Positions 10,356 through 20,340 of a stretch of 64,000 nt of DNA are shown here, one piece after another (the first letter of the stretch is position 1; each line of letters begins with the position of its first letter). Origin of the DNA: Candidatus Dormibacteria bacterium (GTDB lineage Bacteria > Chloroflexota > Dormibacteria > Aeolococcales > Aeolococcaceae); contig JBEKKP010000003.1 of NCBI GenBank assembly GCA_050010655.1, positions 6,498 to 70,497 of the forward strand, given 5' to 3'. Both the position numbers and the translations under genes were made by a program. The notes beneath the pieces were generated by a model. That model had not been told where the DNA came from. It did no database searches and worked only from the letters and a program-made list of their open reading frames with translations.

Positions 10356-10499
10356 CGGGGTTCCTCCTTGGCACGAGCCCTTTGGCGAGATCGTGCCGTC
10401 TGCTTCTGGTGGCCGGTCATCCGGCCCGTCACCTCCTATACGGAACTCATGACCGGAAATCGACACGCCAAGGATGAGCAAATCGTTCCTCGAGCCGGA

Positions 10500-11669
10500 T
10501 CAACCGGACTGGCGATCGGTCAGCCGCTTCTCGATGCCGTCGAGGACGAGGCTCACGCCCTGGTCGGCACGCCACGCCGAGTCGTCGTCCGCCGAACCCG
10601 AAGCCGGCACCGCGGAGCGTGTGACCGGTGCGGCCGTGTCCAGGGTCACGCGCACGCAGCCGCTGTACACCGCGAGGTCGTAACGGTCGTCGCTGCGCAT
10701 GGGCGTCGACGAATCCCACTGCATGTCGGACTTCACGGCGCGGATCGGCTTGTCGTCGAGCCGGACTTTCACCGAACCGGAAGAGACCATCGCGTGAGCA
10801 GCCGTATTCGCGGGACGGTGCAGGGTGACCCCGACGATGCCGCTATTGACGCGGATGGGCACCACACCCACCGGAGCCGGCAGCGTGCACGTCACATTGC
10901 CGGCGCCGCTGTCGAGCTCGATACCGCTGACGCGCAGTCCGGAAAGGTCGAGCACCGTGTTCCACGTGCCGCCGTGGATCTTGAAATACCACGTGTAATT
11001 GGGGCTCAACTCCACTGCGCCGTGATCGCCGCCTCGGCGGTTCTTCACCAGCACCAGGCTGCCCGGGCGGACCTCCACTGACGCGGCACCGCCCCCACCG
11101 GTTGAGGTTGCGATGTCGACGGTGTCCGACTGGGCGGCGCGGACGAGCACTTTCCATGAGCCCGAATCGATGGCAAGAGTCATCGCCTGGCCACCGGGCC
11201 CGCGGCTGGCTGCCGGCTGTTCCGTGAACGCCGACACTGCGGATTCGATTACGAGCGTGGCCGCCGCTCCTTCGGCATCCGCAAGACCCGCGGCTGAAAG
11301 AAGGCGGGCAAGGTCGCGGGTGAGGCGGCTGCGCTGCACGACGGCGGGGGACCCGAGCACCACGGTCGCGGCGCCCCGGTGCTGCTTCAGATATCGCGAG
11401 AGCTCAGCGCAGACCGCAACCACTTGCGGGCGCCACGCCGATCCCGGCGCAGGTACCGCCACACGGTCGAGGACGGACTCCGCCACCAATTCGAGGAGTT
11501 GATCCTTGTCGCGGAGATGCCAATACAAGGAAGCGGCCTTCACGCCGAGCCGGTCGGCAAGGGCGCGCATCGAGAGGCCTTCGACACCGACGGCATCGAG
11601 CATTGCCAGCGCTCCCTGGATAACCGTTTCGCGGTTGAGCCGGGATCCCTCCGTCTCCTGACGGGCCAC
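10500..11669 (-). CDS. TetR-family transcriptional regulator fused to a C-terminal beta-rich repeat (toastrack/DUF4097-like) domain
   Basis: N-terminal TetR HTH (LSMRALADRLGVKAASLYWHLRDKDQLL). The C-terminal ~200 aa carry repeated SGxVxVxL strands (SGIVGVTLH, SGSVKVRLD, SGCVRVTLD, GNVTCTLP). Confidence 0.65.
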   Translation of the reverse strand: MARQETEGSRLNRETVIQGALAMLDAVGVEGLSMRALADRLGVKAASLYWHLRDKDQLLELVAESVLDRVAVPAPGSAWRPQVVAVCAELSRYLKQHRGAATVVLGSPAVVQRSRLTRDLARLLSAAGLADAEGAAATLVIESAVSAFTEQPAASRGPGGQAMTLAIDSGSWKVLVRAAQSDTVDIATSTGGGGAASVEVRPGSLVLVKNRRGGDHGAVELSPNYTWYFKIHGGTWNTVLDLSGLRVSGIELDSGAGNVTCTLPAPVGVVPIRVNSGIVGVTLHRPANTAAHAMVSSGSVKVRLDDKPIRAVKSDMQWDSSTPMRSDDRYDLAVYSGCVRVTLDTAAPVTRSAVPASGSADDDSAWRADQGVSLVLDGIEKRLTDRQSG

Positions 11670-11720
11670 AGGCGTGTCCTCCCTTGCGGCGGCCAGCCGG
11701 CCGCGAATGGTTAGGGGCTT

Positions 11721-11759
11721 GACGTGCCTAACAACGTTAGTCTAGCATCTAGCACGTCA
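11721..11759. promoter_or_regulatory. candidate operator: inverted repeat GACGTGC-N25-GCACGTC with internal CTAAC-AAC-GTTAG palindrome
   Basis: Found by reading the divergent intergenic region between the TetR-fusion gene and the ABC exporter. Confidence 0.3.
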
Positions 11760-11794
11760 CCGTTAGACGCTATTTCACTCGGATGGTGTTAGAG

Positions 11795-12745
11795 ATGAAT
11801 CCTACGCTGGAGGCCGCCGACCTCGTCAAGACATTCGGCAAGACACGGGCTCTCGACGGCCTCAGCCTCACGATGCAGCCGGGCGAGGTCCTGGCCCTGC
11901 TCGGTCCGAACGGCGCGGGCAAGACGACGTTCGTCAATCTCGTCGCAACGCTGATCCGGCCCGACCAGGGAACGCTTCGGGTCCAGGGCGTCGACGTGGC
12001 GCGCAATCCGGGCGCGGTCCGGCGGAGCATCGCCCTCGCGGGGCAGTCTGCCGCCGTGGAGCCAACCATGACGGGCCGCGAGAACGTGGCGATGGTGGCG
12101 CGCCTCTTCGGCGCCTCCGCCGGCGATGCCCGCCGCGATGCCGCCGCCGTCATCGAGCAGATGGGCCTCACTGACGCGGCCGACCGGCTCGTCCGCACGT
12201 ACTCGGGCGGCATGCGCCGCCGCCTCGACCTCGGAGCGAGCCTCGTCGCCCGCCCTCGCCTGCTGCTCCTCGACGAGCCGACCACCGGACTGGATCCGCG
12301 CAGCCGCCTCGAGCTGTGGGATGTCATCCGCTCGCTCGTCGCCAACGGCACTGATGTCCTGCTCACCACCCAGTACCTCGACGAGGCCGATCATCTCGCG
12401 TCACAGATCGCCATCATCGATCACGGCCGGGTGATCGCATCGGGCACGCCCCGGGAGTTGAAGCGCCTGGCCGGACGCAACGTCGTCGAAGTCCACGTCA
12501 GGGACAGCTCCGCACTGGATCGTGTCGCCACAACGCTGATGGCGATCGGCGATGGGCCGGCAACCATCGACGTGCCGACTCGAAGCGTGCGCGTTGCGCT
12601 CAGCGCCGACACCGAACGCGTCTTCGCCGCACTGCGGCCGCTTGACGACACCGGCATCGCAATCGATGAGGTTTCCGTTCGCCAGCCCACGCTCGATGAA
12701 GCGTTTCTTGCCCTCACGGGCGCACCCAAGGAGGAGGTGGCATGA
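11795..12745 (+). CDS. ABC transporter ATP-binding protein (DrrA-like)
   Basis: Walker A GPNGAGKTT, signature YSGGMRRRL and Walker B LLLLDEPTTGLD. The ATG at 11795 is preferred over the in-frame ATG at 11783. Confidence 0.85.
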   Translation: MNPTLEAADLVKTFGKTRALDGLSLTMQPGEVLALLGPNGAGKTTFVNLVATLIRPDQGTLRVQGVDVARNPGAVRRSIALAGQSAAVEPTMTGRENVAMVARLFGASAGDARRDAAAVIEQMGLTDAADRLVRTYSGGMRRRLDLGASLVARPRLLLLDEPTTGLDPRSRLELWDVIRSLVANGTDVLLTTQYLDEADHLASQIAIIDHGRVIASGTPRELKRLAGRNVVEVHVRDSSALDRVATTLMAIGDGPATIDVPTRSVRVALSADTERVFAALRPLDDTGIAIDEVSVRQPTLDEAFLALTGAPKEEVA

Positions 12746-13551
12746 GCATCGCACTCGCACCGCAACGCGGCAACGCCGCCGGTATCTTCGTCTCGACCGG
12801 GCAGATTGCACGCCGCGTGCTGCTCAAGTTCATCCGGTCTCCGCAGCTCGTCGTGGTCGGGACCTTGCAGGGCGCCATGTTCCTGCTCATCTTCCGGTAC
12901 GTGTTCGGTGGAGCAATCGCGATCAAGGGCATCAACTACGTCGACTTCGTGGTGCCCGGATTCATCACCACCGGCGTGCTCTTCAACGCGATGTACGCGT
13001 CGGCGGGAATGGCCGAGGACATGAGTGCGGGGCTGATCGCACGGCTGCGATCACTGCCGATTCCGCGCAGCGCGGTACTCGTGGGCCGTGCAGTCGCCGA
13101 CACAGTGCTCCAGGCATGGGGACTCGTCGTCACGGTCGGGATCGGTTTTCTCGTGGGCTTTCGCATCCACGGCAGCATCGGTGGCGCGCTCGCGGCCGCG
13201 GCGATGGTGCTGCTCTTCGGCTTCGTCTTCGAATGGGTCTTCGTGCTCATGGGCATGCTCGCCGGCTCGGCACAAGCGGCCCAAGGGTTTGCGCTGATCG
13301 TGTTCCCGTTCACGTTCGTGTCATCGGCATACATCCCGGTGGCGACGATGCCGTCGTGGATGCAGGGATTCGCCGAGAATCAGCCGTTGACGGTCATGGT
13401 GAACGCCGTGCGCTGCCTCACTGAGGGCGCGCCTGCCGAAGCGTTGCTCGGTCACCCCACGTCGTATTTCGTGGTCCGCTCGTTGATCTGGTCGGTCGGA
13501 ATCGTCGCCGTCTTCGCACCCCTCGCCGTCGCGAGATACCGGCGCGGCTAG
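12742..13551 (+). CDS. ABC-2 type transporter permease (DrrB-like)
   Basis: Six predicted TM helices. Coupled to the ATPase by a 4-nt overlap. Confidence 0.8.
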   Translation: MSIALAPQRGNAAGIFVSTGQIARRVLLKFIRSPQLVVVGTLQGAMFLLIFRYVFGGAIAIKGINYVDFVVPGFITTGVLFNAMYASAGMAEDMSAGLIARLRSLPIPRSAVLVGRAVADTVLQAWGLVVTVGIGFLVGFRIHGSIGGALAAAAMVLLFGFVFEWVFVLMGMLAGSAQAAQGFALIVFPFTFVSSAYIPVATMPSWMQGFAENQPLTVMVNAVRCLTEGAPAEALLGHPTSYFVVRSLIWSVGIVAVFAPLAVARYRRG

Positions 13552-13635
13552 ATGGACGCGCCCTCGCGGCGCAGCGTTTCTTGCGGCCCGGGTCTGGTTG
13601 TGTGCACCGCATGCGACCGGCTCGGGCCGTTTGCT

Positions 13636-14613
13636 TTACCCGATGAGCAGGGCGGCGACCGTTGCGGGATCGAAGTTTCCGCCGCTGAGCACGATCACCG
13701 TTGGGTGTTCTGCACTGCCGGCAGGCACTGTGCCGGTGAGATACGCAGCCAGCGCCAGCGCGGCGGTGGGTTCGATGGCCAGCTTGAGACGCGTCCACGC
13801 CACACGCAGCGCGTCCTCGAGTTCGCGCTCCGAGACGGTGACGATGTCGCGGACAAGCCCGCCCGCCACCATCACCTCGAAATTACGATTGCCGATCGAT
13901 CTGGATTTCACTCCCTCGGCAAGCGTTGCCGGGTCGGAGTCGAGTGAGTGCAGCGCCCCGGTCCGAAGGCTCTCTGCAGCGTCGGCGGCGCTCTCGGGCT
14001 CCACACCGATGATCGCGGTATCCGGCGAGAGCACCGACAACGCCAGGGCGATGCCGGAGATCTGACCGCCACCGCCCACTGGCACAACAACGGCCCCGGG
14101 AGCCGGAGTGTCCTCGAGGATCTCGAGCCCGACGGTGCCCGCCCCGTGCACGACGTCCCAGTCGTCATATGGATGTATGAGTCGCAGGCCCTGCGAGGCC
14201 GCGATCTCCTCGGCAATCGCCTCGCGGTTGTCGTACGTGACGCCGTCGGTCACGACCGTCGCGCCGAACGATCGGATCCCTGCGACCTTCGCAGGGGTTA
14301 CGCCATACGGGACGACGATGGTTGCCGGGAGACCGACCGCGCGGGCCGCGCACGCGAGCGCCTGACCGTGGTTGCCGGAGCTGTGGGTGACGACGCCGCT
14401 GACGTCAGGTTCCCGCTCGATCAGGCACAGCACCGCGTTGAATGCGCCGCGCGCTTTGAACGACCCGGTGAGCTGCAGCGACTCCGGCTTGACCATCAAG
14501 CCCGGGGCGATGTCCGTTCGCAGGAGTGGCGTGCGCCGCACGTGGCTTCTGATCCGCGCAGCGGCGCGGCGAATTTCCGCGAGGTGCGTCTCGGACTGCG
14601 CGTCCTCTGTCAC
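13636..14613 (-). CDS. PLP-dependent threonine/serine dehydratase (catabolic type, no ACT domain)
   Basis: SLQLTGSFKARGA (PLP lysine), HSSGNHGQALA and GGGGQISG motifs. 325 aa. Confidence 0.8.
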   Translation of the reverse strand: MTEDAQSETHLAEIRRAAARIRSHVRRTPLLRTDIAPGLMVKPESLQLTGSFKARGAFNAVLCLIEREPDVSGVVTHSSGNHGQALACAARAVGLPATIVVPYGVTPAKVAGIRSFGATVVTDGVTYDNREAIAEEIAASQGLRLIHPYDDWDVVHGAGTVGLEILEDTPAPGAVVVPVGGGGQISGIALALSVLSPDTAIIGVEPESAADAAESLRTGALHSLDSDPATLAEGVKSRSIGNRNFEVMVAGGLVRDIVTVSERELEDALRVAWTRLKLAIEPTAALALAAYLTGTVPAGSAEHPTVIVLSGGNFDPATVAALLIG

Positions 14614-14619
14614 TGACGG

Positions 14620-16098
14620 TCAGGACGAGACGGCGACGGGAATCTCCAGCGCGAGCTTGTCCATCTCGAGCTGCGCCGGGACGTCCACCGGGTACGAGCC
14701 GGTGAAACACGCAAAACAGAAGCCGTTGCCATCGGGTTGCCCCATCGCGCGGCGCAGGCCCGCGAGGCTGAGATAGCGAAGCGAATCCGCTCCGAGCATC
14801 GCGCCGATCTCACGCTCGGTGTGGCCCGCGGCGATGAGCTCACGTCGCGACGCGATGTCGATGCCCATGAAACATGGCCATGCAATCGGCGGGGACGCGA
14901 TACGCATGTGCACCTCGCTCGCTCCCGCGCGGCGCAGTTCATCGATGATGCGACGCGATGTCGTGCCGCGCACGATCGAGTCGTCCACGAGCACCACGCG
15001 GCGGCCCTCGAGCACGTGGCGCATCGGATTGAACTTCAAGCGGATGCCCGCCTCGCGCAAACGCTGTGTCGGCTGGATGAACGTGCGCGTGATGTAGCGC
15101 GACTTGATCATCCCTTCCGCGAATGGCAATCCCGCCTGTTCGGCGTAGCCGATCGCCGCGGGCGTGCCGCTATCCGGCAGCGTGATGACGATGTCTCCGT
15201 CAGCCGGCGCCTCACGCGCGAGCTCGCGACCCATGTGGCGCCGCGACTCGTACAGGGACTTGCCCATCATCACGCTGTCGGGCCTCGCGAAGTAGATGAA
15301 CTCGAATGAACACATCGCGCGGTGCGCGGCGGTGCGCTGAATCTTGGTGCTGCGCATTCCGGATGCATCGACGGTCACGATTTCTCCGGGCTCGATCTCG
15401 CAGATGAACGTCGCACCGACGACATCGAGCGCGCAGGTTTCGCTGGCCATCACATAGCCGGTGCCGCCGGGTGCATCGATATCGCCGAAGCGGCCGAGGC
15501 ACAACGGGCGGATACCGAGCGGATCGCGCGCGGCGACGAGTGAGTCCTTGGTGAGGAACACGAGGCAGTACGCGCCCTCGACACGCGGCAGCGCCTCCGC
15601 GAGCGCCTGCTCCAGCGTGTCGGCCTCGGTCTGCGCGATCAGCGCACCGAGCACCTCGGTGTCACTCGTGGTCTCGAAATCGAAGCCCTTGGTGATGAGC
15701 TCATCGCGCAACTTGGTGGCGTTGACGAGGTTGCCGTTGTGTGCGATCACGACCGGGCCGATCGTAGGGTGCTCGACCGAGATGGGCTGCGCGTTGAGCA
15801 GCCGCGCGCTGCCGGTGGTGCTGTAGCGCGTGTGGCCTATTGCGATGTTGCCGCGGAGCCCGTCGATCGTCTCCTGGTCGAACACCTGGGACACGAGGCC
15901 CATTTCCTTGCAGATGCGAATTTCGCGACCGTCGCTGACCGCAATGCCCGCGGATTCCTGTCCGCGATGCTGCAACGAGTACAGGCCGAAATACGTCAGG
16001 TTGGCGACGTCCTCGCCCGGGTGGAACACCCCGAAGACGCCGCATTCCTCATGGAGATGGTCGTCGTCGATGGCGTTCAATCCGGCCTGATCACTCAC
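14620..16098 (-). CDS. purF: amidophosphoribosyltransferase
   Basis: N-terminal propeptide followed by CGVFGV (Ntn nucleophile), the PRTase motif [13 protein letters not shown] and C-terminal Fe-S cysteines. Confidence 0.9.
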   Translation of the reverse strand: MSDQAGLNAIDDDHLHEECGVFGVFHPGEDVANLTYFGLYSLQHRGQESAGIAVSDGREIRICKEMGLVSQVFDQETIDGLRGNIAIGHTRYSTTGSARLLNAQPISVEHPTIGPVVIAHNGNLVNATKLRDELITKGFDFETTSDTEVLGALIAQTEADTLEQALAEALPRVEGAYCLVFLTKDSLVAARDPLGIRPLCLGRFGDIDAPGGTGYVMASETCALDVVGATFICEIEPGEIVTVDASGMRSTKIQRTAAHRAMCSFEFIYFARPDSVMMGKSLYESRRHMGRELAREAPADGDIVITLPDSGTPAAIGYAEQAGLPFAEGMIKSRYITRTFIQPTQRLREAGIRLKFNPMRHVLEGRRVVLVDDSIVRGTTSRRIIDELRRAGASEVHMRIASPPIAWPCFMGIDIASRRELIAAGHTEREIGAMLGADSLRYLSLAGLRRAMGQPDGNGFCFACFTGSYPVDVPAQLEMDKLALEIPVAVSS

Positions 16099-18313
16099 GC
16101 TCGATCAACGCTCCTTCGTGTACCGCTCGCACGTCGGCGAGTGACACGTCGAGACATCCGGTCACGCAGACCCTCTCGCCCCCGACGGAGCCGAGACCGC
16201 GGAAGGGGACCGAGTGCCGCCCTGCCAGCTCGTGCAATCGCACAAGTGCCTCCCTGGCGAAGCTGATGACAAAACGAGATTGACTCTCACCGAAGAGTAT
16301 ACCGGCCGACCCGTTAATCAACCCTTCGCCGGTTTCGATCTCGTCGATCGCGATATTCGCGCCTATGTCGCCCAGCAGACATGACTCCGCAAGCGCGATC
16401 GCGATACCCCCCTCCGCGCAGTCATGCGCAGAGTGCAGGAGGCCCTCGGCGACCGCCTCGATGACGAAGGCCTGTACGCGACGCTCGAGCGCCAGGTCGA
16501 GGTGCGGCGGCGAGCCGGCGCTGACCCCGTGGGCGATTCGCTGGTACTCGCTGCCGTCGAGTTCGGACGCAACGGGGCCGACCAGCGCCACCACATCGCC
16601 CTCGTCCTGAAATCCCGCAGTGCAGCGCCGCGCCACGTCATCGATGACACCAACCATCCCGATGACGACCGTCGGATCGATCCCGGTGCCGCCGGTGTCG
16701 TTGTACAGGCTCACGTTGCCGCTCACCACTGGAATATCGAGTGCGATGCACGCCTCGCTGATGCCCTGGATCGCGTCGTGCAGGTCCCACCACACGTCGG
16801 CGTGCTCGGGATTGGCGAAATTCAGGCAATTCGTGATCGCCGCCGGCTGCGCACCGGTCGCGACGACATTTCGGGCCGCCTCGCAGACGGCGATCATCGC
16901 CCCCTGCCTCGCGTCCAGCGCGGTGTACCGCGAGTTGCCGTCGGTCGCAAGGGCGATGCCGAGGTGCGTGCCCTCGACGCGCACGAGCGCGGCATCGCCA
17001 CCGGGAAGGATCACCGTGGCGTCGCCGACCTGGTGGTCGTACCGGCGATACACGGAGGACCGGCTTCCCAGGTTCGGACTCCCCAGCAGCGCCAGCAGCG
17101 CCTCGCCCGCGGACCATTCCGGCGCCGTCCGCTCGGCTGCCGCCGGCGTCTTACGGTGGTCCGGACGGGGTCCCGGCGCCGTGCGCGGCGGTGCGCCGTC
17201 GACGAGCAGATCGAGCGGCAGATCGCATACCTGCTCGGCACCGTCACGAACCACAAAACGCTCGTCCGGGAGGATGACCGCGACGACGTCCGAATGCAGA
17301 TCCCAGCGTTCGAAGACCTCCTGCAGCGAGTGCACGTCCTCGGGCTTCGCAACGATCAACATGCGCTCCTGCGACTCACTCAGCATCACCTCATACGGCG
17401 TCATGCCCGTCTCACGACGCGAGGCGCGCGCGACGTCGACGTCGATGCCGCAATGACCTCGATGCGCAAGCTCCGCCGTGCTCCCGCAGAGACCCGCAGC
17501 GCCGAGGTCCTGCATCGCGATCACGCGTGGATCGCCGGCCAGCTCGAGACACGCCTCCATGAGGCACTTCTCGAGAAATGGATTGCCGACCTGCACGGCG
17601 GGACGTCGCGCGTTGCTGTCTGCGTCGAGAACCACCGACGCGAAACTGGCGCCGTGAATGCCATCACGACCGGTGTCGGCGCCGACGAGCAGGACAAGGT
17701 TGCCGGGACCGCTCGCGGTCGCGAGAGTCAGCTTGCCCTGCTCGACGATGCCCACGCACATCGCATTGACGAGACAGTTGGTCCGGTACGACTCGTCGAA
17801 ATACAGCTCCCCACCGACAGTTGGTACTCCGATGCAGTTGCCGTATCCACCGACACCGGCGACAACGCCGTCGAAGAGATGGCGTTGATGGGGCTCGTTG
17901 AGCGGACCGAAGCGCAGGGAGTCGAGCAGCGCGACCGGGCGTGCTCCCATCGTGAAGATGTCACGCAGAATCCCGCCGACACCGGTGGCAGCTCCCTGGT
18001 ACGGCTCGATCGCGCTCGGATGGTTGTGCGACTCGATCTTGAACACGCATGCGAGACCTTCGCCGATATCCACCGCACCGGCGTTCTCGCCCGGGCCTTG
18101 CAACACGCGCGGACCTTTAGTCGGCAGCGTGCCGAGCAGCGGCTTGCTCGTCTTGTAGCTGCAGTGCTCGCTCCACAGCGCGCCGACGATGCCGAGCTCG
18201 AGCCGGTTCGGCTCGCGTCCGAGAGCGTCGACAAGGTGCGCATACTCGCTGCGAGTGAGCGCCACCTCCGCGAGGTCCGCATCACTCGCCGCCGCGTATT
18301 GCATGGTGGTCAC
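16091..18313 (-). CDS. purL: phosphoribosylformylglycinamidine synthase subunit II
   Basis: 740 aa containing duplicated AIRS/AIRS_C modules ([17 protein letters not shown]...). Overlaps purQ by 4 nt and purF by 8 nt. Confidence 0.9.
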   Translation of the reverse strand: MTTMQYAAASDADLAEVALTRSEYAHLVDALGREPNRLELGIVGALWSEHCSYKTSKPLLGTLPTKGPRVLQGPGENAGAVDIGEGLACVFKIESHNHPSAIEPYQGAATGVGGILRDIFTMGARPVALLDSLRFGPLNEPHQRHLFDGVVAGVGGYGNCIGVPTVGGELYFDESYRTNCLVNAMCVGIVEQGKLTLATASGPGNLVLLVGADTGRDGIHGASFASVVLDADSNARRPAVQVGNPFLEKCLMEACLELAGDPRVIAMQDLGAAGLCGSTAELAHRGHCGIDVDVARASRRETGMTPYEVMLSESQERMLIVAKPEDVHSLQEVFERWDLHSDVVAVILPDERFVVRDGAEQVCDLPLDLLVDGAPPRTAPGPRPDHRKTPAAAERTAPEWSAGEALLALLGSPNLGSRSSVYRRYDHQVGDATVILPGGDAALVRVEGTHLGIALATDGNSRYTALDARQGAMIAVCEAARNVVATGAQPAAITNCLNFANPEHADVWWDLHDAIQGISEACIALDIPVVSGNVSLYNDTGGTGIDPTVVIGMVGVIDDVARRCTAGFQDEGDVVALVGPVASELDGSEYQRIAHGVSAGSPPHLDLALERRVQAFVIEAVAEGLLHSAHDCAEGGIAIALAESCLLGDIGANIAIDEIETGEGLINGSAGILFGESQSRFVISFAREALVRLHELAGRHSVPFRGLGSVGGERVCVTGCLDVSLADVRAVHEGALIERE

Positions 18314-19029
18314 GACGCCGCAGCGACCGGCATCGCACCAGTGCGACTGACTGAGTTTGCGACGTTTTCAAACAGTCGCATCCCATCCGACGACCCGAGC
18401 ATCGGCTCACACGCACGCTCCGGGTGCGGCATCATCCCGAGCACATTGCGTCGCTCGCTGACGATCCCCGCAATATCGCGCATCGATCCATTCGGCGACT
18501 CATCACCAACAGGCGATCCGTCCCGTCGAACATAGCGAAACGCGACCCGCTGCTCACGTTCGAGCATGTCGAGCGTCGCTTCATCTGCAACAAACCGTCC
18601 CTCTCCATGCGACACCGGAACCTGGAGCACGTCACCCACCGCACATCCCGAGGTCACAGCGCTATCGGCGGTCTCAACGCGCAACCACGTTGGCACGCAA
18701 CGAAACTCCAGCGAACTGTTCCGCGTCAGCGCTCCCGGCAACAAATGCGCCTCACAGAGAATCTGAAACCCATTGCAGATTCCCCATACCAACCCACCGG
18801 CATTTGCAAACTCGGACACGGACTCCATCAAGGGCGCGAACCGCGCAACCGCTCCCGCTCGCAAGTAGTCGCCATACGCAAACCCACCCGGGAGGATCAC
18901 GCAATCCGCACCCTGCAGATCCCGATCCTTGTGCCACAGCATCACCGCCCCGTGCCCCGCGAGTTCGACCGCGTGCTTGCAATCTCTGTCCGACCACGTC
19001 CCTGGGAACACGGCTATTCCGAATCTCAT
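18310..19029 (-). CDS. purQ: phosphoribosylformylglycinamidine synthase subunit I (glutaminase)
   Basis: [11 protein letters not shown]...[17 protein letters not shown]...GICNGFQIL...HPE has the type-1 glutamine amidotransferase triad. Confidence 0.9.
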   Translation of the reverse strand: MRFGIAVFPGTWSDRDCKHAVELAGHGAVMLWHKDRDLQGADCVILPGGFAYGDYLRAGAVARFAPLMESVSEFANAGGLVWGICNGFQILCEAHLLPGALTRNSSLEFRCVPTWLRVETADSAVTSGCAVGDVLQVPVSHGEGRFVADEATLDMLEREQRVAFRYVRRDGSPVGDESPNGSMRDIAGIVSERRNVLGMMPHPERACEPMLGSSDGMRLFENVANSVSRTGAMPVAAAS

Positions 19030-19049
19030 CAGGACCCCCTGCGCCGCAA

Positions 19050-19175
19050 GGTGGGGAGGGCATGGACTGCGCTGGGCACGGGGTCGGAACGCCTTTGCCG
19101 TTCCGCCCCTCGCTCTCGCCGGGGGGGGTAGCCCCGGCTCCGAGACGGCCCCGCTCCGTTCATGCCCTCCCCACC
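19050..19175. repeat. 126-bp structured element bounded by a perfect 15-bp inverted repeat (GGTGGGGAGGGCATG ... CATGCCCTCCCCACC), possibly a MITE/REP-like insertion or a cis-RNA
   Basis: Perfect 15-bp arms at 19050-19064 and 19161-19175, seen directly in the sequence. The interior holds two further GC-rich hairpins (GGAACG/CGTTCC and GCCGGGG/CCCCGGC). The right arm is the last codons of the purS ORF. Confidence 0.5.
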
Positions 19176-19177
19176 AC

Positions 19178-19447
19178 TCACAGCCCAGTACCCGATAGCG
19201 CTCTTATCGATCCGATGTGGGAGTCCTCGATCACGGTGTTGCGCAAGAGTTGCTCGCACATCGCTTCGACTTGCGCTCGCACCGACGCCTCGTCGTCACC
19301 CTCGACCTCGAGCTCCAAATATTTCCCGACGCGCACCGATCGCACCTCCGGAAATCCGAGCCGGTGAAGTCCGTCGCGTACCACGAGGCCCTGAGGGTCG
19401 TTGACCACGGGCTTCAACACGACGACGACTTCGACCGCGAAGGTCAT
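19178..19447 (-). CDS. purS: phosphoribosylformylglycinamidine synthase subunit PurS (with an apparent 11-aa C-terminal extension)
   Basis: MTFAVEVVVVLKPVVNDPQGLVVRDGLHRLGF...VGKYLELEVEGDDEASVRAQVEAMCEQLL is typical PurS. The ATG start overlaps the purC stop (ATGA). The tail GSIRALSGTGL is read from the inverted-repeat element. Confidence 0.8.
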   Translation of the reverse strand: MTFAVEVVVVLKPVVNDPQGLVVRDGLHRLGFPEVRSVRVGKYLELEVEGDDEASVRAQVEAMCEQLLRNTVIEDSHIGSIRALSGTGL

Positions 19448-20340
19448 TCGGCATTCACCCCTGCGATCTCGATTCCGCAGATGCGACGAGCGGCTTCTAT
19501 GTAGCGCTGGGTGGTACCGCGAACGACGTCTTCGGGAAGCTCCGGTCCGGGATATGTCTTGCCCCAGCCCAATGTCTCCGTGTAGTCGCGCACGAACTGC
19601 TTGTCGAAGGAGACTGCGGGTTCGCCTTCGCGCCATTGGGACATCTCCCAGAAGCGCGAGGAATCCGGAGTGAAGATTTCGTCGATGAGCGTCAGTTTCC
19701 CGTTGATGAAACCGAACTCGAACTTGGTGTCGGCGAGGTAGATGCCCTGAGCCTGGCAGCGTGCCGTTGCGAAGTCGAACAAGCGTAGCGACGCAGACTC
19801 CAACTCATCCGCGAGCGACTGGCCGAGGAGTGTGCGGAGCTCCTGACGCGAGATGTTGATGTCGTGGCCGTCGTCCTTCTTGATTGCCGGCGTGAAGCGC
19901 GGCGACGGGAGTCGCGAGGAGTCGCGCAGACCTTCCTGCAGCGGCTCGCCTGCGAGCGTTCCCTTCTCGCGATATTCCTTCCATCCGGATCCGCTGATGA
20001 ATCCGCGGACGACACACTCCACGTCGATCCGCTGCGCGCGAGCTACGTGCATCGAACGCGGTAGCCAGTCCTCGCGGACCGATTCCGGAATTGCCTCCTC
20101 GTCGTCGGCGAGCAGGTGATTCGGCATGATCGCCTGCGTCTGCGCGAACCACCAGCGCGACATCTGTGTGAGCACTGTGCCCTTCCCCGGAATCGGCGTC
20201 GGGAGCACGACATCGAACACGCTCAAGCGGTCGGTTGCGATCATCAAAAGGGTTCCGTCGGCCAGCTGAAACGTGTCCCGCACCTTGCCGCGCCGGAACA
20301 GGTTCAGGTCACCGATCTCCGCGCTGCTCATCACCTGCAT
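19444..20340 (-). CDS. purC: phosphoribosylaminoimidazole-succinocarboxamide synthase
   Basis: GKVRDTF...LLMIATDRLSVFDVVLP...YLADTKFEFG is the SAICAR synthetase signature. Confidence 0.9.
   Translation of the reverse strand: MQVMSSAEIGDLNLFRRGKVRDTFQLADGTLLMIATDRLSVFDVVLPTPIPGKGTVLTQMSRWWFAQTQAIMPNHLLADDEEAIPESVREDWLPRSMHVARAQRIDVECVVRGFISGSGWKEYREKGTLAGEPLQEGLRDSSRLPSPRFTPAIKKDDGHDINISRQELRTLLGQSLADELESASLRLFDFATARCQAQGIYLADTKFEFGFINGKLTLIDEIFTPDSSRFWEMSQWREGEPAVSFDKQFVRDYTETLGWGKTYPGPELPEDVVRGTTQRYIEAARRICGIEIAGVNAE

Noticed and set aside
13552-13635. Weak GGCCCG...CGGGCC pairing between the convergent permease and dehydratase genes as a terminator
   Set aside because: Only 6 bp with a ~32-nt loop and no U-tract, so it is not convincing.
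19030-19177. ZTP (pfl) riboswitch hypothesis for the purS-purQ spacer, prompted by GGGTCGGAACGCC and CTGGGCA strings
   Set aside because: Those strings are on the plus strand, but the operon is transcribed on the minus strand. The location inside an operon, the overlap with purS coding sequence and the missing pseudoknot arrangement do not fit. I kept it as an unknown inverted-repeat element instead.
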